A stretch of 64,000 nt of DNA from the NCBI RefSeq assembly GCF_009914755.1, contig NC_060942.1. One strand, 5' to 3'. The stretch is from the human T2T-CHM13v2.0 reference genome, Homo sapiens. Shown in pieces: positions 29,289 to 41,505 of the stretch (positions are counted from its first letter, which is position 1; the number at the start of each line of letters is the position of its first letter). The position numbers were made by a program, and so were the translations under genes. The notes beneath the pieces are model-generated. The model saw only the letters and a program-made list of their open reading frames with translations. It had not been told where the DNA came from and did not search any database.

Positions 29289-30450
29289 AGAACACTTAAC
29301 ATGGGATCTACTCTCTTAACAAAAATTTAAGTGCACAAATGCTTTAAGGCACAGTGTTGTACAGCAGATCTCTAGAACGTATTCATCTTGTGTAACTAGA
29401 ACTTTACACCTATTGAATAGCAACTCCCCAGTACTGCCTTCTTGAAGCCCCTGCCAACCACCCTTCTACTCCCTGTTTCTGGGAGTCTGATATTTTAGAC
29501 ACCTAACGTAAGTGAAACCACACAGTCATTGCCCTTCTGTGACTGGCTCACTTCACTTAGCATAATGTCCTCAAGGTTGTCAAACATGGCAGGATTTTTT
29601 TGAGGTTGGATAACATTCCATTATGTTTACAGAGCATATTTTCCTTATCCATATTCCCTTGTTGATGGACACTTTGCTTGTTTCCATATCTTGGCTATTT
29701 TGAATAATGCTGCAGTGAACATGGAAGTGTTGCTATCTCTTTGAGATCCAAATTTTAATTCTTTTGGATACATATCCAGAAGTGGGATTGCTGGAGCATA
29801 AGGTAGTTCTGATTTTAGTTTGTTGGGAACCTCCATACTGTCTTCCATCGTGGCTGTGCCATTTTACTTTCCCACCCATAGTGTACAAAAAGGATTCCAG
29901 TTTCTCCACATCCTTGTCTATACTTATATATATATTTTTTGATAATAGCTATTCTAACGATGTGTGAGGGGATATTTCATGGTGGTTTTGATTTCCCTAA
30001 TGATCGGTGACATTAAGCACTCTTTCATAGACAGGTTGGCCATGTGTATGTCTTCTTTGCCTAAATGTCTATTCGAGTCCTGGGCCTATTTTTTAATCTG
30101 GTCATTTGGGCTTTTTATATTGAGTTAGGTTTTAACCCTTTATCAGATGTATTGTTTGCAAATATTTCCTCTCATTCCATAGGTTGCTTTTCACTGTGTT
30201 GTTTCCTTTGCCGTGCAGAAGCTTTTTAGTTCAATGCAGCCTCATTTTGCCTTTGTTGCCTATGCTTTTGAAGTCATAGCCAAGAAATGATTGCCAGGAG
30301 CAGTATGATGAAGCTTCTTCCCTATGTTTTATCCTAGGAGTTTTACAGTTTCATGTCTTATGCTTAAGTTTGGAATCCATTTTAAGTCAATTTTTTTGTG
30401 ATTTTTGCATGTGGATATCTGTTTTTTCCAGTACCATTTGTTGAAGACTG
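29287..30450 (-). mobile_element. L1MA10/L1MB1-type 3' fragment
   Basis: AAGAACACTTAACATGGGATCTACTCTCTTAAC...TGTACAGCAGATCTCTAGAAC...GTGCAGAAGCTTTTTAGTT. Confidence 0.85.
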
Positions 30451-31514
30451 ATGAGAGTGCTTGAAAGTTAGTAAAGCGACCTCTCCTTGCCTGCATGTGA
30501 ATCTTTTAATCAGTATGTTTATACCCTGAAGATGTACAAAAATAAAAGTAAGAAGTAGTCAAGACTTACCATGTGCAAAATACACATAAAAGAAGGAAGA
30601 GAAACTCAAGAGCAGAGGAGAACAAAGAAAAACACATGCAATTAGGTGAACAGGTGAGTGTGGACAACAGAATGTTGGGGAGTCAGATTCTTCTTTATCT
30701 TTCCAGTTCCAATGCCTTAGTGCACCTGCCTTAGGGGTATGACTGTAATTCATATAATAGCCATGAAGTTTCAGATCCCCTTGCTCCCTGTGGTCAGGGT
30801 TCCTCCAGTTTCCACCATTAAAGAGTGACCAGTATGTGGGGATCTGATTTCCCAAGATCAGATCCTGGATTAAGGATCCTTGGTAAGTGCGGCTGCTCTG
30901 TCACTATTATGGAAAAAGTTCCATTTGCCAGGAAAATAACCATGCCCCTTTGCCATTTACAAGCATCTTACACTTTGGGGTGTTTTGGTATAGAAGGCTA
31001 TTTAATCAAGCACTTCTGTTGCATTTAGGATGTGAAGTAATAAACAACAACTGTGATTATTTAACTGCTGTAGTGGAACTGAATCAGTTTAATTAATCAC
31101 AAAAGACATTTCCTGCAAGTAAGCCTCAAAAGCAAAGAGATTATTGTGATTATACAAAATAGGGGAAACCAGAGATTGTTGCTATTAACTTCTTTGGGAG
31201 TGGTTTGAAAGCCCTAGTTATTTAATGTGCATATTTCAGGAATATACTAAAGGCAATCAGTGATGTAAAGCTGGTAGTGATGAGTGCAGATCATAAGACT
31301 TTTCATCAGGGTAGAGATTTTCTTACTCTTACTCCATAATTCAAAATCAAGAGTAGAGATGAGTCATCCTGGGGAGCATCTTGAGAAAATGCTGATGGTT
31401 TGGTAAACTGATGGAGAATGAGGACAAGGGAAAAGAGAATCTCTCACTGTCAAGGTATTATTTAGGAAAGTATCTCATAGGAAGACAGCATGAGACTGGC
31501 CTTAGAGGTAGAAT

Positions 31515-31638
31515 TCACAGATAAACTTGAATTTTGGGGAAAAAAAGCAGTTATCTGTTGTTTATCTGAATTTATCAGATTTAACCTGGTGTCCTGTATT
31601 TTTATTTATTTATTTTTTTGTCATACCTGAAAACCCTA
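31515..31638. mobile_element. MER53-like hAT MITE fragment
   Basis: TGTTGTTTATCTGAATT...TTTAAC.TGGTGTCCTGTATTTTTATTT...CTGAAAACCCTA. Confidence 0.6.
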
Positions 31639-34336
31639 CTTAGAGGTCACTGCATCTAACTGAATGACTACATTTACTGAAAGAGTTTATATAATGCTTA
31701 TTTCAGCAAGTTCCAAAAATAGCACCTGTCACAAAACAACAAGCAGAGAAATATCCCATGTCCCTGATGAAGTAAGCGAAGGGACCCCACTCAAGTTACC
31801 TAACCATCTAGTGTCTCTCTTGGTGGGAACATCTTATAGTTAGGGTAAGTAGGCAATCTCCTGAGTTGAGAGGCATGAGAGATGTTTTCTTCCTATTCCT
31901 GGACTTCATACTCTAACTTCCATAAATGCAACCATAATTGCAAAAAGTTACACCTAGAGAATCTGGCCACATACCCCATAAGAGAAAAGCAGGGAAATCA
32001 CAAAAAAGAACTCAAGGCCTCCTGGTGCAGCTCATAGGCTGAGAAAAAGAAAGAAAGTTGGGTGCAAGGAGAAAAGTAATGCACCTCCATGATATCAGCA
32101 AAAGAAAGATCAGGCTGCAGAAAGTGCAGAAGAAAACGCTCTCCGTGAAGGTAGAATGAACAGTCTGCTGCAGAACAATGTAGAGGGAACATGGATCCCC
32201 CTCTCCCTTCAGTCTCCTAAGAAAAGAGAGTTGGAGGATAACGATGAGTCTCTGTGTCTCTCTCCCATCTTTCCAGGGAGACCCTAGGACTCCCAATGTG
32301 GGAGTCACAATCAGTCCGGTGATCATGGTTATGAACCACTGAGATGTCTACCAGGTTAAGTGAAGGAAAGCAATGCAGCCAAAGCACCAAAAGTGAATGT
32401 TGGGGCCCCAACTACGAAACCTCACTACATGATCAGGGAATTGGTGAAGGTATTTGGAGACAGTCTACCAGAACTCATGATGAAAGCCAGTGGCGGCTGA
32501 TGTTTACGCTGGTTTAATTTAATCAACTTCTGCTCCAGGAAATTGCTCAACAAACGTTGCAAATAGACTCTTTGCCATAAAACCCCAGTACTTGTTAAGG
32601 AATCCTGTAGCCACTGAACTCAAACCCAGCCCCTCTCTGACACTCTACAAGCAATACCAGGTCTCCTTCTGGCACGCTCTTTGCAGCCTGGAGAATCCAA
32701 ATATTGCTGAGCATCCTGGACTGGAGACTGGACCACCTATCCCCACTGCCCCCACCCTTTCCTTGCCCTGGTAGGGCCAGGTGCCCAGTGGTGCTGGATG
32801 GGTGAAACAACTAGTCTTAATACAGTCACAGCAGGGTGGGGGAAGGGAAATATAAATTATCTAAAGATAGATAGCTAAGTTTTATTTATTTGATGAAAGA
32901 AAAACATAAAATGTGCCTATAGGTGAAAGTATAACAAATGACCAATACTCTGGACCTTATATAGAAAAAGGCAGGACAGTTGGCAGCTAGGTTTCTTGAG
33001 CCTTGACTTGCAATTTATCAAAAGGATCATTCTTGACAAGTCTGGGATCCTTTGGCCCTCTCCACTCCCTAGAAAGGTGTTGCTATAGCCCTGGCCACTA
33101 TTAAATGAGGTGCACTCTCCCTTCTTCTGCATGTGCTGGTGAATGCCACACATCCAGGAAGACCAGGCTCCTTGGACCACACCAACTAGAAGTGAGGTCT
33201 CCACAACCCGTGCAGGTCAACATAGCTGACCAGCTGGCATGGCCCACTAGAGACACACTATCTCGAACCTGCTAGATGCAAATTGCTAGGTGCATAAATC
33301 TGTTAGGCCAGAGATGCTTGGGACAGGTGCCGCATCTGTGCAGCAGATTTGGGGAAAATTAGGACAGAAGTAACCCTAAGAAATGATTGCAGCAATTGCA
33401 GTAGCATTAAAATGCTGAGTGCACTGCACAGCCTTCCCTTCCTTCTGAATGTGGTCATTATGTAACTAATGGTCTAATTAGGAGAGTCATGTAAGCCCAG
33501 CATTGTGCCCTCCTGGCGGCAAGCACTGTGGATTTCCAAAGCCATGGCTTTCGGAGGCTATCTCTGTTTTAATGCAGAGAAAGAGTAGCACAGAGTTGAG
33601 GCAGAGAAGTCAGAGGGGAGCTCAGAGCATCAGATGCATTTCAGTGACAATCCCTGTAACCTTGAAAGAGTCAGCAAATCCCTGTGTCCCTCACACCAGA
33701 TTGCAGCAGGGCCTTGAGTCAATAAGCTATGAAGTTAGCGATGCGTCCTCCTGGGAAGGTGGCGAGCGAGGCATCCATCATGTTCCCTCTTTCAGCCTGT
33801 TCCAAGGAGAGAGCCTCTGAGAGCCGTGGAAACCATTTCCCGGGCCCATTAGGCTCTGGCCCTGTGGTGCAGTAGCAGCTGTCACCTCGTGCCAGCCAAG
33901 GCTCACCAAGTGGAGGCCGAGGGAAAGGTGGGTGCACAAATACCTGCCAGGAAGAGAAGCAGGACTCTGCCTGGGAATGCAAGGGGACAAAGCAGCTTCT
34001 CTGCTCTGCGATATAAAAGAGCTTAAACTCAGCTTCTCAGGGTTTCTGCAGGACATCGCAGAGGTTCACACATCATTCAGTGAGGCTCAGGACATTCCTG
34101 TGGTGTTTAGACAGTAACCTGCAGATGGAACCCACTTTGTTTTAAAAAAATACATATTCACAGGATTTTTTTTAAAAAAGAAGAAGTCACTGGCGAGGAA
34201 AACATACAAAATCAAGAGGAAAAGCATATTTTATATTTTCTCTTTGGCCCCATTTCTTGGAGATAACAGTTACCACTTTTGTGTGTTTTTCCAAGTTTTT
34301 CTATGCTGCTCAAGCACACACACATACACAAACACA

Positions 34337-34368
<32 letters not shown>
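34337..34368 (+). repeat. (TATC)8 tetranucleotide STR
   Basis: Eight perfect TATC units. Confidence 0.95.
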
Positions 34369-34371
<3 letters not shown>

Positions 34372-34433
34372 ATATAGATATAATTGATAAATCCTTTTTA
34401 TGCAAATGACACCACATCGTAAATACTATTCTG

Positions 34434-34686
34434 GTTAGAAAGAATGAATAAGACCTACTATTTGATAGCACAATGGGGTGACTATAGTCAATAATAACTG
34501 TACATTATAAAATAAAGGGTGTAATTTGATTGTTTGCAACTCAATGGATAAATGCTTGAAAGAGTAGATGACCCATTCTTCACGATGTGCCTGTTCACAT
34601 TGCATTCCTGTATTGAAACGTCTCATGTACATCATAAATATATACACCTACTATACACTCACAAAAATTAAAAGTAAAAATAAATG
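34434..34686 (+). mobile_element. L1MA2/3-type 3' end
   Basis: GTTAGAAAGAATGAATAAGACCTACTATTTGATAGCACAA...; TSD AATACTATTCTG at 34422-34433 and 34687-34698. Confidence 0.88.
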
Positions 34687-35965
34687 AATACTATTCTGCA
34701 ATTTTTTCAGTTAATATTTCTTGAACGTTGTTCAAGATGTATCACTGTATGGACAATATACCAGTAAATATAAATAAACAGAATTGATCTGTTTGAATTA
34801 CTGCACTATTTTGCATTATTATGGATACACTCACAGAACCAGTCCCCTAGTGGTGAACATTCAGGTTGTTTATAGGCTTCCTTTTTATTGCAAACAATGC
34901 TGTAATTAAAAAAAAATCTTCACATATATACTGCTAACTATTTGTGCAAGCATGTGTGCTGGTTAAATTCCTAGTCCTGGAATTACTAGATTAAAGGAGA
35001 TATGTATTTTAAATGTTGTACTATTGGACAAACTGCTGTCCACAGAGGTCACACCTATTCTTGCCTACACTTCTGATGCTGATTGAGCTCCCTGTTTAAG
35101 GGATGGCTCTTCCGCAGTGAATGCAAAAGGTCTATATCAATAAAATGTAAAATAAAAGCATTGAGAAAGCTCACAAACAAACCTATTCTAACCAGTAATG
35201 CTTGGCTAAGTACCTGATTTAAAGCTTAGATCAGTCAAGCTCTTAACAGAAGTAATCCAAATAAAAATGTGACAGTTTGCAAGTAGAGCTGGGGAAGGAG
35301 AAGGAGCCTGTGGAGAAGGTTCCTGTAGTTAAATTTCACAGTGTGTGTTCCACTGGGCTCCTGGTGAAATTTTATGTTTTATCTTTCAGTGGTTGTATGC
35401 CACCGGCTAGGTGGCTCAATCATTTTACACCAGTAAAGATACTTATTTAACAGGAGAACAATGCTATACACTCAATATGTACTGAGCATCACAAATATTC
35501 TCAGGCCTTTCATTGCTTCCATTACCAGGGAGATAATATCTAGCATAAAAAGTTTTTACAATCTTAAGTTTAAAACCAGACAGGATAGAGACCTCATGGG
35601 GAAGGTTGTTTCCTACAGGTGAATGAAGACAATACAGAGTGCTTTGGGGTTTTTATTCTTTCATTCTCTTTTGTAACTTTTTTATTTGCCCTTAGAAAAG
35701 CAGGAACTGCTCTAAACTAAAAAATAAAATGAAACTCATGCCTACATTTGAATCAAATCTCTCCCTCCCTAATGTTTAACTAGAAACATAATTGATTTTG
35801 TGCTGAACAGATAGGAGGTTGTCAAGCTGATATTTCATTCCCAAGATCTCTATCAAAGTTGTCCAAAAAAAGCAAACAGTCATTATTTATCCCCAAACCC
35901 ATTAAGCGACCCCATTATTTATTTCCTCGGCCATTTACGAAGCTGCATGCGCATGCTTTCTTCAG

Positions 35966-35981
35966 CTGCACCACCTAGCGG
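35966..35981 (-). promoter_or_regulatory. Candidate CTCF motif
   Basis: Reverse complement CCGCTAGGTGGTGCAG is close to the CCRSYAGRKGGCRS core; motif match only. Confidence 0.4.
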
Positions 35982-37398
35982 GTCACGCAAGCAATTGCAG
36001 CCCGGGTTGTTCTCTGGAGCCAGTCTCCACAGCAGGAAAAGAAAACTTTATCAGTGTTATAATTAACCACATCATTTATTTAACTTTGATAAATATTTAA
36101 TAATAAAATTTTTAAGCTCAAGTTAAAGGAATACCACCCTGAAGATGCATTTGTATTTCCCTTGGAGAGAAGAGAAATGTTATTGTCAAGATGGCAGGAA
36201 AAAAACTGCCTTAAGCCTGTGTGGTAACCAAAGTTCCCAAAAGAATCAATCAAGAATGTCATCAGAAAATGACTATAAGATAGTCGGCATGGTAACTGGG
36301 ATATTGAGGCAGTTCTTCGTTATCTGTGTTCATATTCATTTAGAACTCAGGAATCATCGTCCCCAGCAAGCAGGGGGAAATGCTAATTAATAAAATGCTG
36401 TCCAAACACGATGCATTCTCTAACCACCATCGTTCATGCTAGCCCTGCAAATGATGATGACTGGATAATTGCTCTGGTTTCTAATGATATTATTGCTGCT
36501 ATTCCACAGCCAATCGTGTTCCCCATTCTCAGAGCATCACAAAATAGAAGTTTGATCAATGCAAACCACATGGAAGAAGCAACAGGCTGCGTTCTGCTTA
36601 GAAGTCCTAACGCAGAGCATCCCAGATGAGATGGGAGCTCTAAGCACACAGGCAATCAAGCGTGCACAGCAGACGCTAATGACTCCCATAAACGGCAGTT
36701 CAATCAAATGCTTTATTTCTGCCTGGAATAAACTCATCCATGATTTGCAAATCAAACTTTACCCAAAAGTATTTCTACCTGGTGCAGCAAGACCTTCACT
36801 CTCCTGCCCGGGGGAAAGCAACATCCTGGTCAACACAGGAATGCCCCTTGAGCCATGGTAAACAGGTGCCTGGAATCTGCCTCCAAATCCCCACACTAAG
36901 GGTGAACCAATAGAAATTCCAGGTAAAAGGTAAATGGAAATTATCTTCCATGGCTTAGGTTTTTGCACAGATGAATCACGGCATAAATAACACAGTCAAA
37001 ATAAACCCAGAATCCATTTTGACAGAAAAAAATATTCCTGTTTCCAAAAGATGCACACCAGAAGCCAAAAACTGCTAAAACTCTATCCTATTTCATTAGG
37101 TCACTGCTGCTCACTACCATGACAAGCACGCACAGGCTAGGTACGGGACCGGATGGAGGGAGCTTGTGTATGTTTGCCAAAATGTTTGTGGACCTGCCTC
37201 CACTAAATGGGGAAAAAAAAAAGAGATTGGATTAGAAGATTCTTAGACAAACACGTGTAGGAAGAGACCACATTGATATTTTTTGTATTATTTAAACTGG
37301 AGCTTCTGCGGGCTCAGGTGACTAAGTATCCTTATCTATAAGTAAAATAGTCAGACAACAAGAGGACATCCCTCAGATACACCCTGGATCATTGGATC

Positions 37399-37776
37399 TG
37401 TTAGTTCTTGCTGCCATAACAAATGCTACAGACTGAGAGGCTGAAGCCACAGAAATTTATTTTCTCACAGCTCTGGAGGCTGGAAGTCTGAGATCAAAAG
37501 GTTGGCAGAGTCGCTTTCTCCTGAAGCCTCTCTCGTTGGCTGGTGGATGGCCATCTTCTCTCTGTGTCCTCACATGGCCCTTCCTCTGTGCACGTCTGTG
37601 TCCCTTCTCCTCTTCTTATAAGGACACCAGTCATTTGGAGTAGAGCCTACTCATAGGACCTCATTTTAACTTAACCACAGCTTGAAAGACCTTATCTTCA
37701 AATTCAGTCACAATCTGAGGTGCTTGGGGGTTAGGACTTAAATTTGGAGGTGGGGGGACAAAATTCAGCCCATGAA
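37399..37776 (-). mobile_element. MLT1A-type solo LTR
   Basis: TGCCATAACAAA...TCTCACAGCTCTGGAGGCTGGAAGTCTGAGATCAA...CTTATAAGGACACCAGTCAT...ACAAAATTCAGCCCAT. Confidence 0.88.
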
Positions 37777-38100
37777 GTCACTTCTGTGCCCTGGGAGGTT
37801 GGGAAATGGGGGAAGCTAATTGAAGAAACTGTGAGGAGAGGATTCCTCCCTAGAAAGTGAGGAGTGGGGGCAAAGACCCTCCTTCCAAAGAGGGTCCCAG
37901 GCAGAAGGCTGCTAGAGTCTGGGTGGAGGCTGTTAGCGCACCCCACTCCTCAGCGTGATGGAGGGAGGAGCATGATGACAGTGTGCTGACAGGGCACCAA
38001 GCAGCCCGGGAGAAAGCTGAGGGTCTCTAGACCCCACAGGAGCCGGGGATCCCCCTGCTGATAGGACCAAGACTCCCCCAACTCTCCCCACCCTACCCCT

Positions 38101-38790
38101 TGTCAAGAAAATAAACTAAAGACAAAATCTTCTCCCAACCTGGGTATCCTCTCTACGAAAGTGCTAGAAAAAAAAAACAAAAACAAATAAACAAACAAAA
38201 AAACACTTTTATTATTGAGTAAGCATTAAGCCAGAAAGTGATGTGTCTTGCTAGCAATCCCTAGAAGATTAGAGAGACAGAAAGAAATCTTACCCATTGA
38301 TATAGCCAGGCAGAAACAACCCATTCCATGCATGTTATGCAGATAAATGATAACCAGTCCTCAAGTAAGAGGATTTGACAGCACAGTTTGTCACACAGCT
38401 CACAGTAACTTTACCTGGCAATGGGGGTGAACATCCCTATTAGCTCAGTTGGCTTTATGCAGAGGAGAAACAAACTTGACATATCTTTAGAATGTCAAGT
38501 AGTTTTGCAGCTTGAGCCAGATACCAACTGAAGTTACGTTCCTACGGTCCTGAGAAAGTAGGAGACGGCGGCTCATTATATCCCTTTTTGCTAACATTTC
38601 AAAGAGGTAGCTCCCCGTTCCCTAAGAAAGACATTCCTGGGTCATAAAGCTGACAAAAGACCATCTAGTCTCCAAAATAGTGTATATACATTTCAAAGAG
38701 AGGAGAAAGTTCTTAGAATTGCATGTTTTCTAAGATAAAATATTTAAAAAATGGGGAGAATTAATGGGGAGAATTAAACCTTTTATTTTT
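38101..38790 (-). mobile_element. ERV1-class LTR (MER90/MER67-like; subfamily uncertain)
   Basis: TG start; CAGTCCTCAAGTAAGAGG, ACATTTCAAAGAG and AAAGACATTCCTGGG motifs typical of MER4-group LTRs. Confidence 0.55.
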
Positions 38791-39160
38791 AATTTGTGTC
38801 TGTCCTGGCACCTTTAAACAAGGCTGTGCCAAGTCCCTGGAGGAGACAGTGGTGCTGCAGCTCTCAGTGTTCAGGTGTTCAGTCCTGGCCATGGACACTG
38901 TGCCCAGGTGTTGGAGGGTCAGGATCAGCAGGAGTGCAGCCCCTCTGTGCCCCATAGAGAGCTCCTGTGGTTGTGAAGCTGAAGAACTCTGAACAGGAAT
39001 GGAAGAATTGAACTGCTCAGTAATCATTCTGATGTTTAGAGAAACGACTGAAGTGTTTAAACACCCCAGATTTAAGCTAATCAATCCAGGGACGCTGGAT
39101 GAAAGAGAATTTATGGAGATGGTTTGGGCATTGTTTTATCCTAGCTTTAAACAAGTTAGG

Positions 39161-39500
<340 letters not shown>

Positions 39501-40169
39501 TCAGCCTGGACCTTGCCTGCTCAGTGCTCTCCAGGGGGCACCTGCGGTCAGCCAGTCATCCAAGTATGTGCCTGCACAGCTCCTTCCTCCCCAGACACAG
39601 AACAAGAGGTAAGATGATAGAGAAAAGAGGGCAACAGCCGCAGCCTCCTCAACGATATCAGAGATTGATAAATGAGATGTGTTCAACAAAGAAACTGGGT
39701 GGGAATTTTGTATTGTTTTGAAATTGAAGAGGCAGCTTTTGTGGATTACAAACCCAGCTTTCAATATAAGCTGGTGGGATGCATATATTGGCATTTAATG
39801 CTACATCTCATTTTCCAAACAAAAGCCCAGACCCTAAATATCTCTTGCCAGTTTTTGAGGGTGTATCAAATAGAAATCACAACTTCCCATTTATTTTGTG
39901 AAATGCATGAAAAATGTTTGAAAACAAGGAGATCGTAAGCTCCTAAGAACACAGACAGAAAACATGTGCTTGCCCTTCCCCCAGCCAGGTTTCCAGCTGT
40001 TTGTCTTAGAATCTACTTAGTGTGTTAAGGCAAAGACCCCTGAAGACCTCACACTACAGCCGGGAGTGAGGCCCTGAAAGACCTGGCCAAGAGCAGGGGC
40101 CTCACATCAGCTGGCCACGGGCTCAGACCCCAACTCAGTGACCCCAACTCAGTGACCCCATGGCCCAGG

Positions 40170-40350
40170 TCTCAGTGGCTTACCTGTTCTCAGGCACCAT
40201 GATCTCAACTGCAAATCTGATGTCAACACAAACTATGAATTGTTAGAAGGACTAACCAAAATTACATAAAATATTATCTATTAATATTATACGAATTATC
40301 GAAAATATAATAGAAAAGTGCCTGGCAAGTAGTAAGCACTCAATAAGTAA
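40170..40350 (+). mobile_element. MIR fragment
   Basis: AGTGCCTGGCAAGTAGTAAGCACTCAATAA 3' end. Confidence 0.55.
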
Positions 40351-40419
40351 ACAGTGGATGTGACTGAAATGGCAAATATCCAATCATATGATAAAATTCC
40401 AGTGTGATCACATTAAAGA

Positions 40420-40947
40420 CATAGGCTAATGTGTGTGTGTGTGTGTGTGTGTCTTAGTTTTTAACAAAAAAAGTTTAAAAATAAAAAATACAAAAATTAA
40501 ATTAAAAATACAAAAAAGTTTACAAAATAGAATATAATGAAGGAAAATATTTTTATTTTCTTATACACAATCTGTAGACTGTTTCTGTGTTTTAAGAAAA
40601 GTGTTGTCACAAAAGACTCAAAAGTTAAAAAAATTAAAAGTTTATAAAGTAAAAACTTATAGTAAGCTAAGGTTAATTTGTTACTAAAAAAACTGTTTAA
40701 TAAATTTAGTGTATCCAAGTGTACAGTGTTTATAAGTCTACAGTAGTGGACAGTAATGTCCTAGGCCTTCACATTTACTCACCATTTACTCATTTATTGA
40801 CTTACCCAGGGCAATTTCTAGTCCTTCAAACTCCATTCACAGTAAGTGCCCTAGACAGGTGTACCTTTTTTGTTGTTGTTGTTATTTTACCATATTTTTA
40901 CTGAAGCTTTTCTACATTTAGCTATGTTTAGATTCACAAATACTTAA
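40420..40947 (+). mobile_element. Tigger3 (Golem) DNA transposon fragment with internal (TG)n
   Basis: CATAGGCTAATGTGTGTG...GTAAGCTAAGGTTAATTT...CAGTAATGTCCTAGGCCTTCACATT. Confidence 0.8.
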
Positions 40948-41036
40948 CAAAGGGGTGTTGCAGACACCTCCAGGACCCTTCTCACAGCTCTGTCTCCTGG
41001 CATGGTCCACTCTGATGCCCAGTGTCTCTACCAAAC

Positions 41037-41121
41037 TAAATTATTAACTATTTAGACGATCGTCCTTACATAGGCATAAATTATTAACTATTTAGACAAT
41101 TGTCCTTACATAGGCATAAAT
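41037..41121 (+). repeat. 40-bp tandem duplication
   Basis: TAAATTATTAACTATTTAGAC(G/A)AT(C/T)GTCCTTACATAGGCA x2. Confidence 0.95.
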
Positions 41122-41279
41122 GAAGAGCTTCATGTTTATGACAAGAGAAACCCTGAGCACTAATTGCATGTATAAAAGCTCGATGTATTACCCAACAGAG
41201 TTACTCTCTTTTCGCCCTCTTTCGTGGTCTTTAATGTGAGATGCAGGTGACCCCTGAAGCAATTCACATCATCTAGAGC

Positions 41280-41505
41280 CAAGCTTGTCCAACCCATGGC
41301 CTGTGGGATGCATGGGGCCTAGGACAGCTTTGAATGCGGCCCAACACAAATTCATAAACTTCCTTAAAACATTATGAGTTTTTTTTTTCACAATTTTTTT
41401 TTAGCTCATCAGTTATCACTAGAGTTAGTGTATTTTATGTGTGGCCCAAGACGATTCTTCTTCTTCCAATGTGGCCCAGGGAAGCCAAAAGATTGGACAC
41501 CCCTG
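41280..41505. mobile_element. MER30 (hAT-Charlie MITE)
   Basis: Termini CAAGCTTGTCCAA...TTGGACACCCCTG; internal GCGGCCCAACACAAATTC and GTGGCCCAGGGAAGCCAAAAG. Confidence 0.9.

Larger units (their letters stand above)
34150..35060 (-). mobile_element. L1ME-type 3' fragment (host of an L1MA insertion and an STR)
   Basis: GGTGAACATTCAGGTTGTTT...CAAACAATGCTG...AAATTCCTAG...GGAATTACTAGATTAAAGG. Confidence 0.6.
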
